Shown here piece by piece: positions 1-11,600 of a stretch of DNA of 64,000 bases. The stretch comes from a virus (Duplodnaviria; Caudoviricetes). The stretch covers positions 8,923 through 72,922 of IMG/VR virus record IMGVR_UViG_3300002220_003351. The stretch is one strand, 5' to 3'. Under the pieces are notes generated by a model. The model searched no databases, was not told the origin of the DNA, and worked only from the letters and a program-made list of their open reading frames with translations. The position numbers were made by a program, and so were the translations under genes. Position 1 is the stretch's first letter, and every line of letters begins with the position of its first letter.

Positions 1-1
1 T

Positions 2-1357
2 GTGGCCCTTGTGGCGACTCAGTGGGTTGCCAGCAATATCACTTACGCCACGGACCTTACCACCTGGGGGGTAACCGATTACTGGATAGACCCCAAGGCC
101 ACCGTTTACTACGGGGTCGGGGACTATGAGGACGGGGCGGCCCTGATCGCCTCCATCATCATCAACTCCGGGGTGGACCCCAACAGGGTCCGGGTTTACT
201 TCGGAGAGGACGAGGGTGTCGATTCCGCATGGGCCATGTACCAGCGGATGAGCGACAACCAATGGGTCGTCCTCGACTGGACCGATGGGTCGGCGTACTG
301 GAATGCGATCTCCGATGTGGACGAACTCACCCCGCTCTATCCGAGTGTCCGGCAGATAGTGGACTTCGACTTGAACCCGGATGATGTGGCCTACGGAGAG
401 GCCGACGAGTATGTGGACTATAGGCAGGTAATAGATATCGCCGGGACCTACTTCTACTCGGAGACTCTTTACGCCGAAGACTACAATCCGGTGCTGGAAG
501 CCTCGATCCCCATGATTACCCTCTCCGCAACCGGGGGAGGGTACGCGACCCTTACGCTTCCCTCAATCACGATTTCCTTTACGGGACAGGGGGTTATTGT
601 CGGGAACCTCTCCAAGAGCATCGGGAAGATCGAGGTCTCTGCAATAGGTTATCAGGAGGGCCTGGGAAGTCTCGATTCCGACATCCCCGCAGTCACCATC
701 TCGGCTACCGGGACCATCCATCCGACCGGGACGCTCGAAAGGGAGATCCCCGCGATCTCTCTCGTCGCCACGATGTCCTCGGATATCCTGGGATCCCTCA
801 CGAAATCCGTGGGGGCGATCATCCTCGACGGGAACTGCTACTGGATGGGGTCAAACGACGGGGTCCTCACGATCCCCGCCGTGAGCCTTGTGTCCAGCGC
901 CCGCGCAGCCACCATCATCGCCCTCTGCCTGAACACCAAGAACTTCGGGCTCACGAAGTACACGAGCTACGATTACAACAGTCTCTGTATCTTCAACGGG
1001 AAGCTCATAGGGACCAAGAGAACCGGGGTTTACGAACTTGAGGGCACGGATGATGACGGGGAAAGCATCTCCTGGAAGATTCGGACCCCCAAGCTCGACA
1101 TGAAGACCCACAAGATGAGGTACGCCTGGTTGTCCGGGAAGGCCTCCGGGGATATCAAGCTCGTCGTCGAGACCCCCGACGGGACAAGATACGAATACGA
1201 CGCCGAGCCTGTAGCAGAGGACGAGGACGAGATGAAGATCAAAGTCGGCAAAGGAATCGGGGGAAGATACCTGATTCTGGAGCTTATGAACGAGGGCGAC
1301 CAGACGATCACCCTGGATAAGTGGCAGGTCTACGGAATGCCCGGAGACAGAAGATGA
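2..1357 (+). CDS. Virion/tail protein, 5'-truncated by the window edge; central 21-aa beta-type repeats and a C-terminal beta-sandwich like podovirus tail-tube/stabilisation proteins
   Basis: 451-aa ORF open from the window start; ATGA overlap with the next gene; position among virion genes. Confidence 0.65.
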   Translation: MALVATQWVASNITYATDLTTWGVTDYWIDPKATVYYGVGDYEDGAALIASIIINSGVDPNRVRVYFGEDEGVDSAWAMYQRMSDNQWVVLDWTDGSAYWNAISDVDELTPLYPSVRQIVDFDLNPDDVAYGEADEYVDYRQVIDIAGTYFYSETLYAEDYNPVLEASIPMITLSATGGGYATLTLPSITISFTGQGVIVGNLSKSIGKIEVSAIGYQEGLGSLDSDIPAVTISATGTIHPTGTLEREIPAISLVATMSSDILGSLTKSVGAIILDGNCYWMGSNDGVLTIPAVSLVSSARAATIIALCLNTKNFGLTKYTSYDYNSLCIFNGKLIGTKRTGVYELEGTDDDGESISWKIRTPKLDMKTHKMRYAWLSGKASGDIKLVVETPDGTRYEYDAEPVAEDEDEMKIKVGKGIGGRYLILELMNEGDQTITLDKWQVYGMPGDRR

Positions 1358-2571
1358 GCGAGATCACCGACAAGAAGCGGGGCTTTGTCACTCCACCGGG
1401 AAATCTTCTCTCCCAGGTCCAATCCTTGTCTTTCAACCGCCGGATGCGCGAAGAGCTCGGGGGCCTCGATATCACCCAGCTCAAGAGATTCTTCCAGGAC
1501 GGGGAGACAATCATTAAGGGCCATGGGCTCTATGAGAAGGTCATCCCGACCCTAAAGGACGAAAAGAAGTATTCCCCAATAACCATTTATCAGCCCCCTT
1601 CGGAGATAGAATATAGGGATCTTGCACCGAAGACACTTCGTTATTGGAACAATGTCCCGACATACAGCCTGACCGAAGTTGCTGCATCAATGGCCGTATG
1701 CCTTCCCGCCCCCAAAAGAATCTTGAGCGCCGCCGAGGCCAGAGTATTCAGGATGATGGGAACAAAAAGGAAGGTGTTTGTCTTCCCCGGATCCGATGTG
1801 GATATATTCAATTATGTGATCGACCAGATGGGGTCTATTTTCGAGTTGATTCCGTTTTCTACACAGTCCTTGGTCGGTACTTCCGGAATCCTCCCCACCG
1901 GAGAACTGATTGGCATTCCAAACACAAAGAGAGGATGGTTGCGAGTACAGGATAAATACGCTGCACTTGCTGTGGCGAAGGACGCATTTGGCAGGGGGCT
2001 GGCATTTGAAAATATCATTTCTATATTTCCGACATTTGTTTATCCGAGAGGCAATGGGGGTGTCTATGAAACAGGTTATGTGTGGGATGAGGGGACAATA
2101 GCACTGACAGAGGCGCATTATGGCGGTTCGGCTTACGGATTCCAGAAAAACACAATTTATCCAACCGCTTATTCATATGATAACTGGCCAGGACTCTCGA
2201 AAGAACAGGTATTGGCATGGCTCAACAGCATTATATCCAATATGCCGTATATCAAGAAGTCGACGTCCGGGTATTCGCTAACGACAGACTCAAGAGGATG
2301 GGTAAACTTTCAGGACTATGCCCTCTATGATTGGATCTCTGCGACAATGGCTTATTACACGGGGGATCATATTCTTGTTTCCGGATTTACCCCATATTGG
2401 CTGACCGCAGGATACGATATAGATGATGATTCTTATTATTCTACAAAGCAGCTTTCCAGTTGGTGGGCATACGAAGAATGGGGAACCACCGATGTGCTCC
2501 ATCAGTATTTCTACAATATGCCCCAGTATTTTCTGTACGACGACACATACATTCCGCCTATTCAGGGTTAG
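1354..2571 (+). CDS. Putative virion protein with an AT-richer, aromatic-rich C-terminal region
   Basis: ATG at 1354 overlaps the upstream TGA (ATGA); in frame with track ORF 1321..2571. Confidence 0.65.
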   Translation: MSEITDKKRGFVTPPGNLLSQVQSLSFNRRMREELGGLDITQLKRFFQDGETIIKGHGLYEKVIPTLKDEKKYSPITIYQPPSEIEYRDLAPKTLRYWNNVPTYSLTEVAASMAVCLPAPKRILSAAEARVFRMMGTKRKVFVFPGSDVDIFNYVIDQMGSIFELIPFSTQSLVGTSGILPTGELIGIPNTKRGWLRVQDKYAALAVAKDAFGRGLAFENIISIFPTFVYPRGNGGVYETGYVWDEGTIALTEAHYGGSAYGFQKNTIYPTAYSYDNWPGLSKEQVLAWLNSIISNMPYIKKSTSGYSLTTDSRGWVNFQDYALYDWISATMAYYTGDHILVSGFTPYWLTAGYDIDDDSYYSTKQLSSWWAYEEWGTTDVLHQYFYNMPQYFLYDDTYIPPIQG

Positions 2572-2580
2572 GAGGTTATC

Positions 2581-4095
2581 ATGGGTTACGCACTTGATTT
2601 GGTCAGTCAGCAGTTCACCGACCTGAAGACATACGCGGACACAACCTACGACGCGGCGGTGTCGGCGGTGTCCTCCCTCAACAACGCCCTCGGGGACACT
2701 GCGATCGACACCACAAGGCCGGATCTCGACGCCATCGAGACCGCCCAGTCCTTTGATGTCGACCCCCTCATTCTGGAGACCATCAACGACATTGAGGACA
2801 AGGTGGACTCTCTCACGGACGACATCCCGGAGCCGGGGTCTGCCCCGACTGTGGCCCAATACAACCTCCCCACGGAACCGAGCATCGAGTGGCCCACGGT
2901 CCCCACGTTGTCGGATATCTCCATACCCGACTTCCAGGAAGATACCATCCGATCTTTGGAATCCGTCCTCCCGACGATCGACTTCGATGTCCCGGATCTT
3001 GAGAACGAGATCCGAACCGCCCTTTCGAGCGCGGTCACCGCCCCCGCCCTGTCGGACCTGGGGCTTGCGGAGGCTGTCCACAACAAGTTAAAGAGCAACA
3101 TCGAGGACGGGGGGACCATGATCGACTCCTCCGTTGAAGACGACATCTGGAACCGTGACCTCGAAAGGCACGAGCAGACCCTCCAGGACATCGTCGACAA
3201 GGCCACGAGCCAGTGGGCGAAGCTGGGGTTCAGCCTCCCGGACGGGCTCCTGGCCTCGAACCTTCTGGCCATCAACAACGAATACGCCAACAAGAGGCTC
3301 GACAGGTCCCGGGAGATCGCCGTCAAGCAGGCCGAGCTGGAGCAGCAGGGGATGTTCAAGTCCCTCGAATTGGGGACAGGGTTCTCCAATATGTGGTTCG
3401 GGGTTCTGGAGGCCTACAAGAAGAGGGCCTTCGATCTCACCAAGATCACTGTGGACACCATGCTGGCCATCTACAAGGAAAGGGTGAATCAGTTCAACCT
3501 TAAACTCGAATCCTTCAAGGCCGATCTTCTGGCCTGGAAGACCGGGATCGAAAGGGAGATGCTCCGGGCCGAGGTCTACAAGGCGAGGATCGCTGGCCTC
3601 CAGTTGGTCGTGAGTATTGACGAGTCCAAGGTCAAGATCTACCAGTCCCGCATTGCCGCCGTGTCCGAACTCGTCAAGGTGTGGGACACCCAGATCCGGG
3701 CGGTGGCCACGATGTACGATGTCGAGAAGACGAAGCTCGAAGCCTACAAGACCGAGGTCGAGGCCTACGCCACGAGGATTGATTCGGCCACCAAGAAGTA
3801 CGCCGCCTCCATGGAGGGGGTCAAGGCGATCATCCAGGGGTGGGCCGCCTCTGCGGATGCAAAAGTGAAACTGATTGAGATTAAGGCGAAAGCTGATATG
3901 TTTGAAGGGGACGCCGAACTAAAGCAATGGGAGATCGAACTCAAGACCAAGGAGCAGGAGCTGGCTCTGAGGCTTGAGGGGTTGAGGGCGGTGGCGCAGC
4001 TCACAAGCAACATCGCCGCAGGAGCCCTGTCTGCGGTCCATGCGAGCGCACAGGCCGGGTACAGCACACAAATGTCGTACAGTTACCAGGAATAA
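2581..4095 (+). CDS. Virion structural/ejection-type helical protein
   Basis: 504 aa; AGGAGG RBS; long amphipathic helices; gene context. Confidence 0.7.
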   Translation: MGYALDLVSQQFTDLKTYADTTYDAAVSAVSSLNNALGDTAIDTTRPDLDAIETAQSFDVDPLILETINDIEDKVDSLTDDIPEPGSAPTVAQYNLPTEPSIEWPTVPTLSDISIPDFQEDTIRSLESVLPTIDFDVPDLENEIRTALSSAVTAPALSDLGLAEAVHNKLKSNIEDGGTMIDSSVEDDIWNRDLERHEQTLQDIVDKATSQWAKLGFSLPDGLLASNLLAINNEYANKRLDRSREIAVKQAELEQQGMFKSLELGTGFSNMWFGVLEAYKKRAFDLTKITVDTMLAIYKERVNQFNLKLESFKADLLAWKTGIEREMLRAEVYKARIAGLQLVVSIDESKVKIYQSRIAAVSELVKVWDTQIRAVATMYDVEKTKLEAYKTEVEAYATRIDSATKKYAASMEGVKAIIQGWAASADAKVKLIEIKAKADMFEGDAELKQWEIELKTKEQELALRLEGLRAVAQLTSNIAAGALSAVHASAQAGYSTQMSYSYQE

Positions 4096-4105
4096 GGAGG
4101 TCACC

Positions 4106-4561
4106 ATGCCAGGAGACTATGACGGAACGATGAATCAATTCAAACCGGCGGCGGGGGTTCAGTTGTCCCCGGACCTCCAGAAGATCATCAGCCAGATCTC
4201 GAATACCATCGTGAGCCCCGGGAGGAAGATCGCCGCCCTCGCTGATGTGGGCAGGACAATCGGGGGGATCCAGCAGCAGGGGATGCAGGACACCTCCTCG
4301 ATGGCAAGGCTGGGGGTCCAGCAGACTGGAGAGGACAAGCGGCTGGGGATCTCGGAGGCCGGGGCGACGCAGAGGGCGAACATAACGACACAACCGAGCC
4401 TCATCACCTCGACGGCACAGACAACTCCCATACCCGGGACCGCGCAGATCCTCGCGGAAGCGAAGAAGCGAGTGACGGGCGATACCCCGGAGATGGGGGT
4501 AGGGGGCAAGAAGTTCGATCTCGATGCCTGGAAAGAAGACAGCATGCAATGGTTTAGGTAA
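4106..4561 (+). CDS. Putative internal virion (ejection) protein
   Basis: AGGAGG RBS at 4095-4100 then ATG 4106; Q/G-rich sequence. Confidence 0.65.
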   Translation: MPGDYDGTMNQFKPAAGVQLSPDLQKIISQISNTIVSPGRKIAALADVGRTIGGIQQQGMQDTSSMARLGVQQTGEDKRLGISEAGATQRANITTQPSLITSTAQTTPIPGTAQILAEAKKRVTGDTPEMGVGGKKFDLDAWKEDSMQWFR

Positions 4562-4578
4562 TTTAACAGGAGGTCGCC

Positions 4579-5685
4579 ATGGCTGGCAAAGACGATAATA
4601 AAAACGCATATGAGGAAATGAGCAAGGCGGCGGCAAATGCCGTGAAGTATGTGGGCACACAGGTCTTGCCGTCACTCGCTATCGCCCCTGCTGTCGCGGC
4701 AAAGAAGTTTGCTGATCTTCCCGGCGGGGAAGCCGGGATACTGACAGAGGCGGGCTTGTCGTATCCGACAAAGGGGGTAGGTGTTCAGCCGAAAATTGCC
4801 CCGAAACTTGCCCCTCAGATCGTTGCTACGCCCCAACCGGGGGGCGTTTCCCCGAGTCCAGCCAGTCCGGCCTCCAGGCCTTCAGTCGTACCGACCGGAA
4901 ATGTGACAGAGAAGCCTGTCCGCAAGGCCATCCACGAGCTGTATGGAAGCCCGAGAGAGGCGCTTCTCGCCATGCCCGACGAAGAATACAAAGGGTTTGT
5001 TGACCGGAATCGAATCCCTGGAATAGGGTATACTGAATCAGGCGGCAGGCTGGAGCGGGTTCTGCCCCCGAGGCCCAACCCGCAAGCGGAAGCTGGTTTT
5101 GGGGTACAGGATCTCAGCCCGATTCAGATTCAAGCCTACAACACGGTCCTTGACACCCTGGCAAAGGGCAGGGCGGCTGACATCTCCGAGCAACGGCTCG
5201 GTGTCGAATCCAAGAGAGCGGAGGCCCTTGAAAAGAGGTACGCCTCCCTGGATGAATCCTCCAAGAGGTCCCAGGACAGGGCCGACAGGACATTTGAGGA
5301 AATCAAGCTGCGGGAACTCGAAGAGAAGGGACTTTCGAGGGAAGAAAAGGCCATGGGCGAAACCATCAAGGCCTACTCTCCGAAGATGAAGGTCAAAAGA
5401 TATACTCCGGACGGGGGAGAGGAAGAGGTTGTTGTCGCCAACACCGATATCGGTGAAATTAAATATGTTCTCGGCGGACACAAGATTCCCAAGGGCCAGG
5501 AAGCCTGGGCCGAAGCTGTCCTTGAAAGAGCAAAACCGTATGCTGCCGAGTTTGACAGACAGTTCCTTTTGAAGTATCCAACTGGGGTCAGCACATCCGG
5601 CAGGAAGATCACAGACATTCCCATCCGTGAGAAGGTGGAGGCGATGTTCGCTGCGGAAGGTAACAAAAAAGAGACCAAGAAATAG
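4579..5685 (+). CDS. Putative internal virion (ejection) protein
   Basis: 368 aa; AGGAGG RBS; Pro-rich linker and coiled-coil; directly upstream of the giant polyvalent gene. Confidence 0.65.
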   Translation: MAGKDDNKNAYEEMSKAAANAVKYVGTQVLPSLAIAPAVAAKKFADLPGGEAGILTEAGLSYPTKGVGVQPKIAPKLAPQIVATPQPGGVSPSPASPASRPSVVPTGNVTEKPVRKAIHELYGSPREALLAMPDEEYKGFVDRNRIPGIGYTESGGRLERVLPPRPNPQAEAGFGVQDLSPIQIQAYNTVLDTLAKGRAADISEQRLGVESKRAEALEKRYASLDESSKRSQDRADRTFEEIKLRELEEKGLSREEKAMGETIKAYSPKMKVKRYTPDGGEEEVVVANTDIGEIKYVLGGHKIPKGQEAWAEAVLERAKPYAAEFDRQFLLKYPTGVSTSGRKITDIPIREKVEAMFAAEGNKKETKK

Positions 5686-5693
5686 GTGGGACT

Positions 5694-8600
5694 ATGGCTG
5701 AGGACTACACCTGGTTACAACCTTTACGCCCCGAAACCGAAGAAGAGGCCCCACCCGAAGCGTCGTCGCTGTTTCGCCGTGGGGTTGTGGACCCCCTGGT
5801 CGGACTGGCCAAGGGAACCATCGTCGGAATCCCGGAAACAGTAATAGGGCTGGCGAACATCCCCACCCTGGGGTATGCGGGGAAGGCAGTCGAAGCGGGA
5901 ATGAGGGGCGTCGGCTTGAGGACCCTTCCCGAAATGGAAGAGGCCATGACAGGCCTCCTCACCCCGGAGACCAGACAGGCCCAGAAAGAGGTCCAGGAAA
6001 CAAAGGGATTTTTCCCAACCGTTGGTGCGGCTCTGCAAAGACCGTCCACAATAGCCCAAGTCGTAGCGGAGTCCATTCCCTCCATGGCTGTCGGGGCAAG
6101 AGTGGCTGGAGCTGCGCTTGGTGTTGGAGCGCAGGGCATCTCCAAGGCCGAAAGGCTGCGGAGAGGGATAATGGCCGGTGGCATTGGTGAGGGCGCTATC
6201 ACCGCAGGCCAGAACATCGAGAGCATTCGTCAGCAGACGGAAGAAGGGGTCCTTACTCCGGAGCAGGTGGCCATCGGCGCGGTATCCGGGGCGCTTACCG
6301 GGGCCATCGGTATGGCGAGCGGGAAGTTCGCTAAGTGGCTTAAACTCGAAGACTTTGACACTCTGCTCACCGGGGCTCGAAGCGGGGTTGTCGGCGGTGA
6401 CGCCAAGAATGTCTTCAAGAAGATCATTGTCAATGCGTTCCGGGAAGGTGTCATTGAAGAGCTTCCGCAGTCCCTCCAGGAACAGATTGCAGAAAATATC
6501 GCCCTCGGAAAGCCCATTGACGACAACGTCATGGAACAGGGCGCTATGGGGATGCTGGCCGGGTTCGCCCAAGGTGCCGGAGCACAAATTGCCGGGGATC
6601 TCCTTGATAGGGTGAAACGCAAAGACCCCGTAGACGAAGCCATCGACAAGATGATCGCTGAGACAGATCCCGAGATGGCGGCAATGGTCAATCCCCCCGT
6701 GATCCCAGAGACCCCTAAAGCGCCTGCGGCACCTGCCCCGGAGGCGGTTCCCCCGGCGGCCCCGATTCAGGAAGCTCCGGTGGCTCTCGTTGCCCCGGAG
6801 GCTCCGGCAAAAACCCCTGTTGAGACAGTCCCCGTTACCCAGGAGGCTGAAGCTCCCGCCCCTGAAGCAATTACCCCAGTGGAGCAGCCAGCGGAGGGAC
6901 AGGTGTCCCCTCCAGCAGAAGTTCCCCCCGTAGAGGACCAGGTGACAAGGGACGCCGCCGCAACCCATCCCGCAGAGTACACAAAGGGCCGGGAGGACAT
7001 TGCCAAAGTTATCGCCTCCAGTGGAGTGGAAACTGCCGCAGCCCAGATAGACGCCTACAAGAAGGGAGTCCAGAACTGGATCGCCCAGAACGGGGAGCCC
7101 AACGAGAAGGTCAAGGGTACGATCGCCATGATCAAGGGGATGGAGGATGCCCTTGTATCCCCCGCTACGATCGCAGAACAGCCCGCAGGAGAGACTTTGG
7201 CCCCCAAGACGGCCACTGCCCCGTCCGAAACACCGATCGCTCCTGGGGCAGAAATCGCCCCCCAAGAGGCCGTGAGCAAGGAAATTCCTCCCCAGGAGGC
7301 ACGAACGCCTGCCGAGACGGCTGTGGGTATGGCCCCGGAGGAGAAAGCTGTTCCTGAGGCAAAAACAGCCCTTGAGCAGGCTGTTCCCGAAATACCGGCG
7401 CTCCTCCAGAAGTCAGATGAACACTACGCCCGGGCCAAGGCGCTGATGAATTCCACCGACCCCAAGGACCAGGCCCTTGCCCAACAGGAGCTTGCCGCCG
7501 GGGCGAAGACATTTGCCCAATGGCGGAAAGAGAACCCCAATACCCCTGACCCCAGGGAGGGACAGGGAACCCAGATGGTCCGGGAGAAAATCTCTCAGGC
7601 CAAGACACTCAAGGCGACCCTGAAGGCAAACCAGGAGGGCGTGGATAAACAGCTTAAGGAGAAGGTTATCACTCCTGAGGTTCACGACGCCGTCTCAAAG
7701 ATCAACAAGAAGCTGGAGCGGCTCAAGTTAAATGTACCCGTCCGGTACGCCAAGGCGGCGACCCGTACAGATGAAGGGGACAGCATCGTCATTGATGCGA
7801 ACACCAAAGAGGGGGCCCAGGTCCTCAGAAAGCAGGGCTGGTCCGAGGACAGGATCAATAAAGCAAAGGAGGTTGGATATGTCGCAAGAATTTCCGCGGA
7901 AACAGTACGTCACGAGGACAGTCCTGGTGGACCCGTCCGGCAAGAGGTTATTCTCTACGACCAAAGTGAGTCCGTGGATGCCAGACACGAAGCCATCCAC
8001 GTCCTTGTCGGAGCAGGAATCCTCGACCCCGGCCCCGCCCCCCGAGGAGTAACCGAGAGAGCCCACGAAGAGAGGTTCGTGGACCAGGTCCTGAAGGACA
8101 TCGAATCAGGGAAGGTGGACTTTGAAACCCTCGGAGAGGCTCAGGCTCAGGCCAAGCCCAAAACATCCACAAAGGCAAAAGAGAGCCTCAAAAGGATTCG
8201 CCTTGAAGCGAAGCGATCTCTTGAAGTAGAGGCCAATATCACGACAGTCTCCAGCGAGGAGAAGATCGCAAAGAGGCTTGCAGCCGGGGATAGATATCTT
8301 GCCGCAATCGACAGGAAGATTCTGGATCTTAATAATAGGGGTTCGGAACTTCTGGCAACGGATCAAGAGGGCGCACAAAAGCTATTCTCGCAAGCCATCA
8401 GGCTCCAGAAACAGGTTCTTGGCGACCAGTTCTCCCAGATCGAGGGATTAACGGACCTCGTTTTCAAGGAAGGACATGGAAGATATGAGGGGGGCGGTGA
8501 AGCAACTCTTGTTATCCAGGCAAAAGTTCCCGAAGAAAAGACAGGATTATTTAAGGCCATCCTTGCGAGAGAGGGAATAACCCATGACCAAAATGCGGTC

Positions 8601-11600
8601 TATGTCTCTTACAACATTGACGTAACAGAGCCGGAAGGATGGGACCAGAGCCAGTATCCGAGCACAATCTTTTATTTTGAAAAACGCTTGACACCGCGAG
8701 AATCAGAGCTTATCATACAACTAATGACGGAGAGTGGGATCGGAGGATCGACCTATCTCCCCGCCGACATGACCTTAACACTCAAGCACATAAAGGAGTA
8801 TGACCCGGAAGCGGTAGAATGGGAGAAAAAGATAGATTCCTTCATCGACAAGATGAAGGCGAGCGGAATTCAGCATAGGCATTCTCGAATATGGCAGAAG
8901 ATCGACGACATCAGGAGGGATGATTATGAAGGGCTCGTCAGAAAACACGCGGCCGAAATCGCACATACAATCGCTCGTGGACGCATTCGACAAGAGGCAC
9001 GCGGATACCCTGATGTCCCCGGAGGAGAGGGACGCCCTCTTCAAGAAGCTGGGGATTACTATGGGCGGGGTGGAGGTTACATTCGAGAAGCGGCCTCCAC
9101 AGGACCCGGACCTGGGAGATCTGTCGGAAAGCCGTCAGGATTATCTGAGAAGGATATACGGGAAGGCCGCTACTCCGTCCAAATAAGCAAGCAGGAAGCC
9201 CTCAAGAAGAAGATCATCCTTAAGAAGGACCCGTCCGCAGGTTCGCCTGTTGACTTCAAGAACAAAGATGTAATTCTCACCCACTGGTCCAAAGAACCCA
9301 ACCTCACCAAAACCGACCCAGAGAAGCACGGGACCGGATATTCGGGAGCCGAAAGGAAATCCAAGGACGCATACCCCAATCTGTGGATTCAGAAGACCTA
9401 CGCCGGGTACGGAACTTACGAAGCCGAGGAGGGGCTTGGTCCCCACAGGTACCAAATAGACATCAAGGGGAATGACCTTTACGACATCTGGGAAGACCCG
9501 CTTAAGCTGGACCCTTCTGCCGATGAAGTGCGGAAGATGGGGTACTACACCGCCGCTGCACAACATCTTATCCATGAGCAGAGAATCAGGCAGCTTGGGT
9601 TTAAGGGTTTTGTCTCAACCCCCCATAATGTGGCAGCAATCTACGAGCCGGTCTCTGTCCAGAAGGTAGAGCCCGCAACAGAGACCCTCCCCCAGAAGGA
9701 ATCAAGGTACTCAGTATCCCCGGAACAGGGTAAGGGCACCGTGGGAGATAAACAGGCTGAATATGCCGAGAAGTTCAAAGGCGATTATCAGTTTGACCCC
9801 GAAACGCAGGTACTAATTGGCTCAAGATATCCAACAGTCGTACCTCGTTATTTCTACCATCGCCCCCCGAGCGAATTGAAAGAAGGGATTAAGGCATACA
9901 AAAACCGGAACGCCGATGGATCTTCAGAATACATCGACAAGGCATTTGGTGCCCCAGCGTCTGACAATATTGTGTGGCTTTCCCGGCAACCAGATTATGG
10001 AAAAACATCAAGTCTCAGGATAGACCTTGCCCAGCTCGATCCAGCAAACTTACGAGACACCGGACAGGCAGAGGGGAATATATGGCATAGAGGGGATATC
10101 CCTGAAAGTGCCATTGTCCGTCAATCCCCGGAACAGGGTAAGGGGGACGCGGCCTACCTCAAAGCCGTAAAATCCGGGGACATGGAGACCGCCCAGAAGA
10201 TGGTGGATGAGGCGGCGAGGGAGGCGGGGTATAAGATTGGGCCAGTGTATCACGGAGCAGGCGAGAAGTTTAATCAATTTGATACAAGGGGAGGAGGGTG
10301 GTTTATTTCCTCGAAAAAAGAGGCCGCAGAATATGGGAATGGGGAAGACATTGTCTCTGCGTATCTGTCCATGAAAAACCCCCTCACGATGACACATAAA
10401 GAGAATGCGACTTATGGGGCTGAGCTTGCAGAACGCAAGGCGAGGAGGCTCGGAAACGATGGGGTTATCATTCCTGCAAACAAAGAATTTGCGGAAGAAA
10501 ACGTCTATACCGAGGCAGAGCATGATGTCTATGTTGCGCTATCCCCCGAGCAGATCAAATCCGCCGACCCCGTCACCTACGACGACCAGGGCAACGTCAT
10601 CCCCCTGAGTGAGAGGTTCAACGAAAAGAGCCCGGACGTAAGGTATTCCATCAAGACCACCCTCAGCAACGCCATCGCCTACATGACCGGGAAGTCCCAG
10701 ACCCCCGTCTCAAGCACCACCCAGAGCGCCTCGTGGGACACCCCCCAGAAAACGAAGATGAGCGACATGGTTTACAGCATCTTCGACAAGCAGATTGACA
10801 TGAGGGAGGTCGTAAAGAACATAAAGGCCTATCTTGGGTCCATCAAGGAGGACATCGACCCCTCCCAGAAAGAAACCCTCTTCCATGGAAGGGTAGCCAC
10901 AAAGTCCGAAGACTTCATTAGAGACGAGTTCCACCCTTTAATAGAGGATATGGCCGCCAAGAAGGTCGACCTTGAGGAGTTCGAGACCTACCTCTGGAAC
11001 AGGCACGCCGAGGAGGCCAATAACTATGTGGCCTCAATAAACCAGAACATGCCCGACAAGGGGTCCGGGATTGCCACCCAGGACGCAAGGGATTACCTCG
11101 CCGCCCTTGACCCCAAGAAGCGGATGGTCTACGCGGCCCTCGCCAAGAGGGTTGACGCCATCCTCGAAAAGAACGCCCAGATCCTCCTTGATGAAGGATT
11201 GGAGTCCAAGAGCACCATAGACCGCTGGAAAAAGGCCTACAGGCACTACGTACCCCTCTTCCGGGAAGATCTTGAGGGGAGGCTGGGTACCGGGACAGGG
11301 TTCTCGGTGACCGGTGCCTCCAGCAAGGGCAGGCACGGCTCCACGAGGCCCGTTGCCAATATCCTGGCCAACATAGCCGAACAGAGGGACAGGTATATTG
11401 TGAGGTCCGAGAAGAACCGGATCGCCAAAGCCCTCTATGGGCTGGCCAAGCTCAATCCCAACGAGGAGTTCTGGAGACTCGCACGCCCCACGATCGAGAC
11501 CCACACCGACATCGACACCGGGCTCACGGTGAAGATCGCCGGACTCGGCTACAAACAGAGAGACAACGTGGTCATGCACCGCGAGATCGACCCCAAGACC

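Noticed and set aside
5724-7265. 513-aa antisense ORF and other long shadow ORFs (13417-14613, 23095-24105, 45865-46905, 2290-3081, 11034-11846)
   Set aside because: They lie opposite well-supported genes in GC-rich coding DNA and show no motifs or RBS, unlike the 18806 HNH
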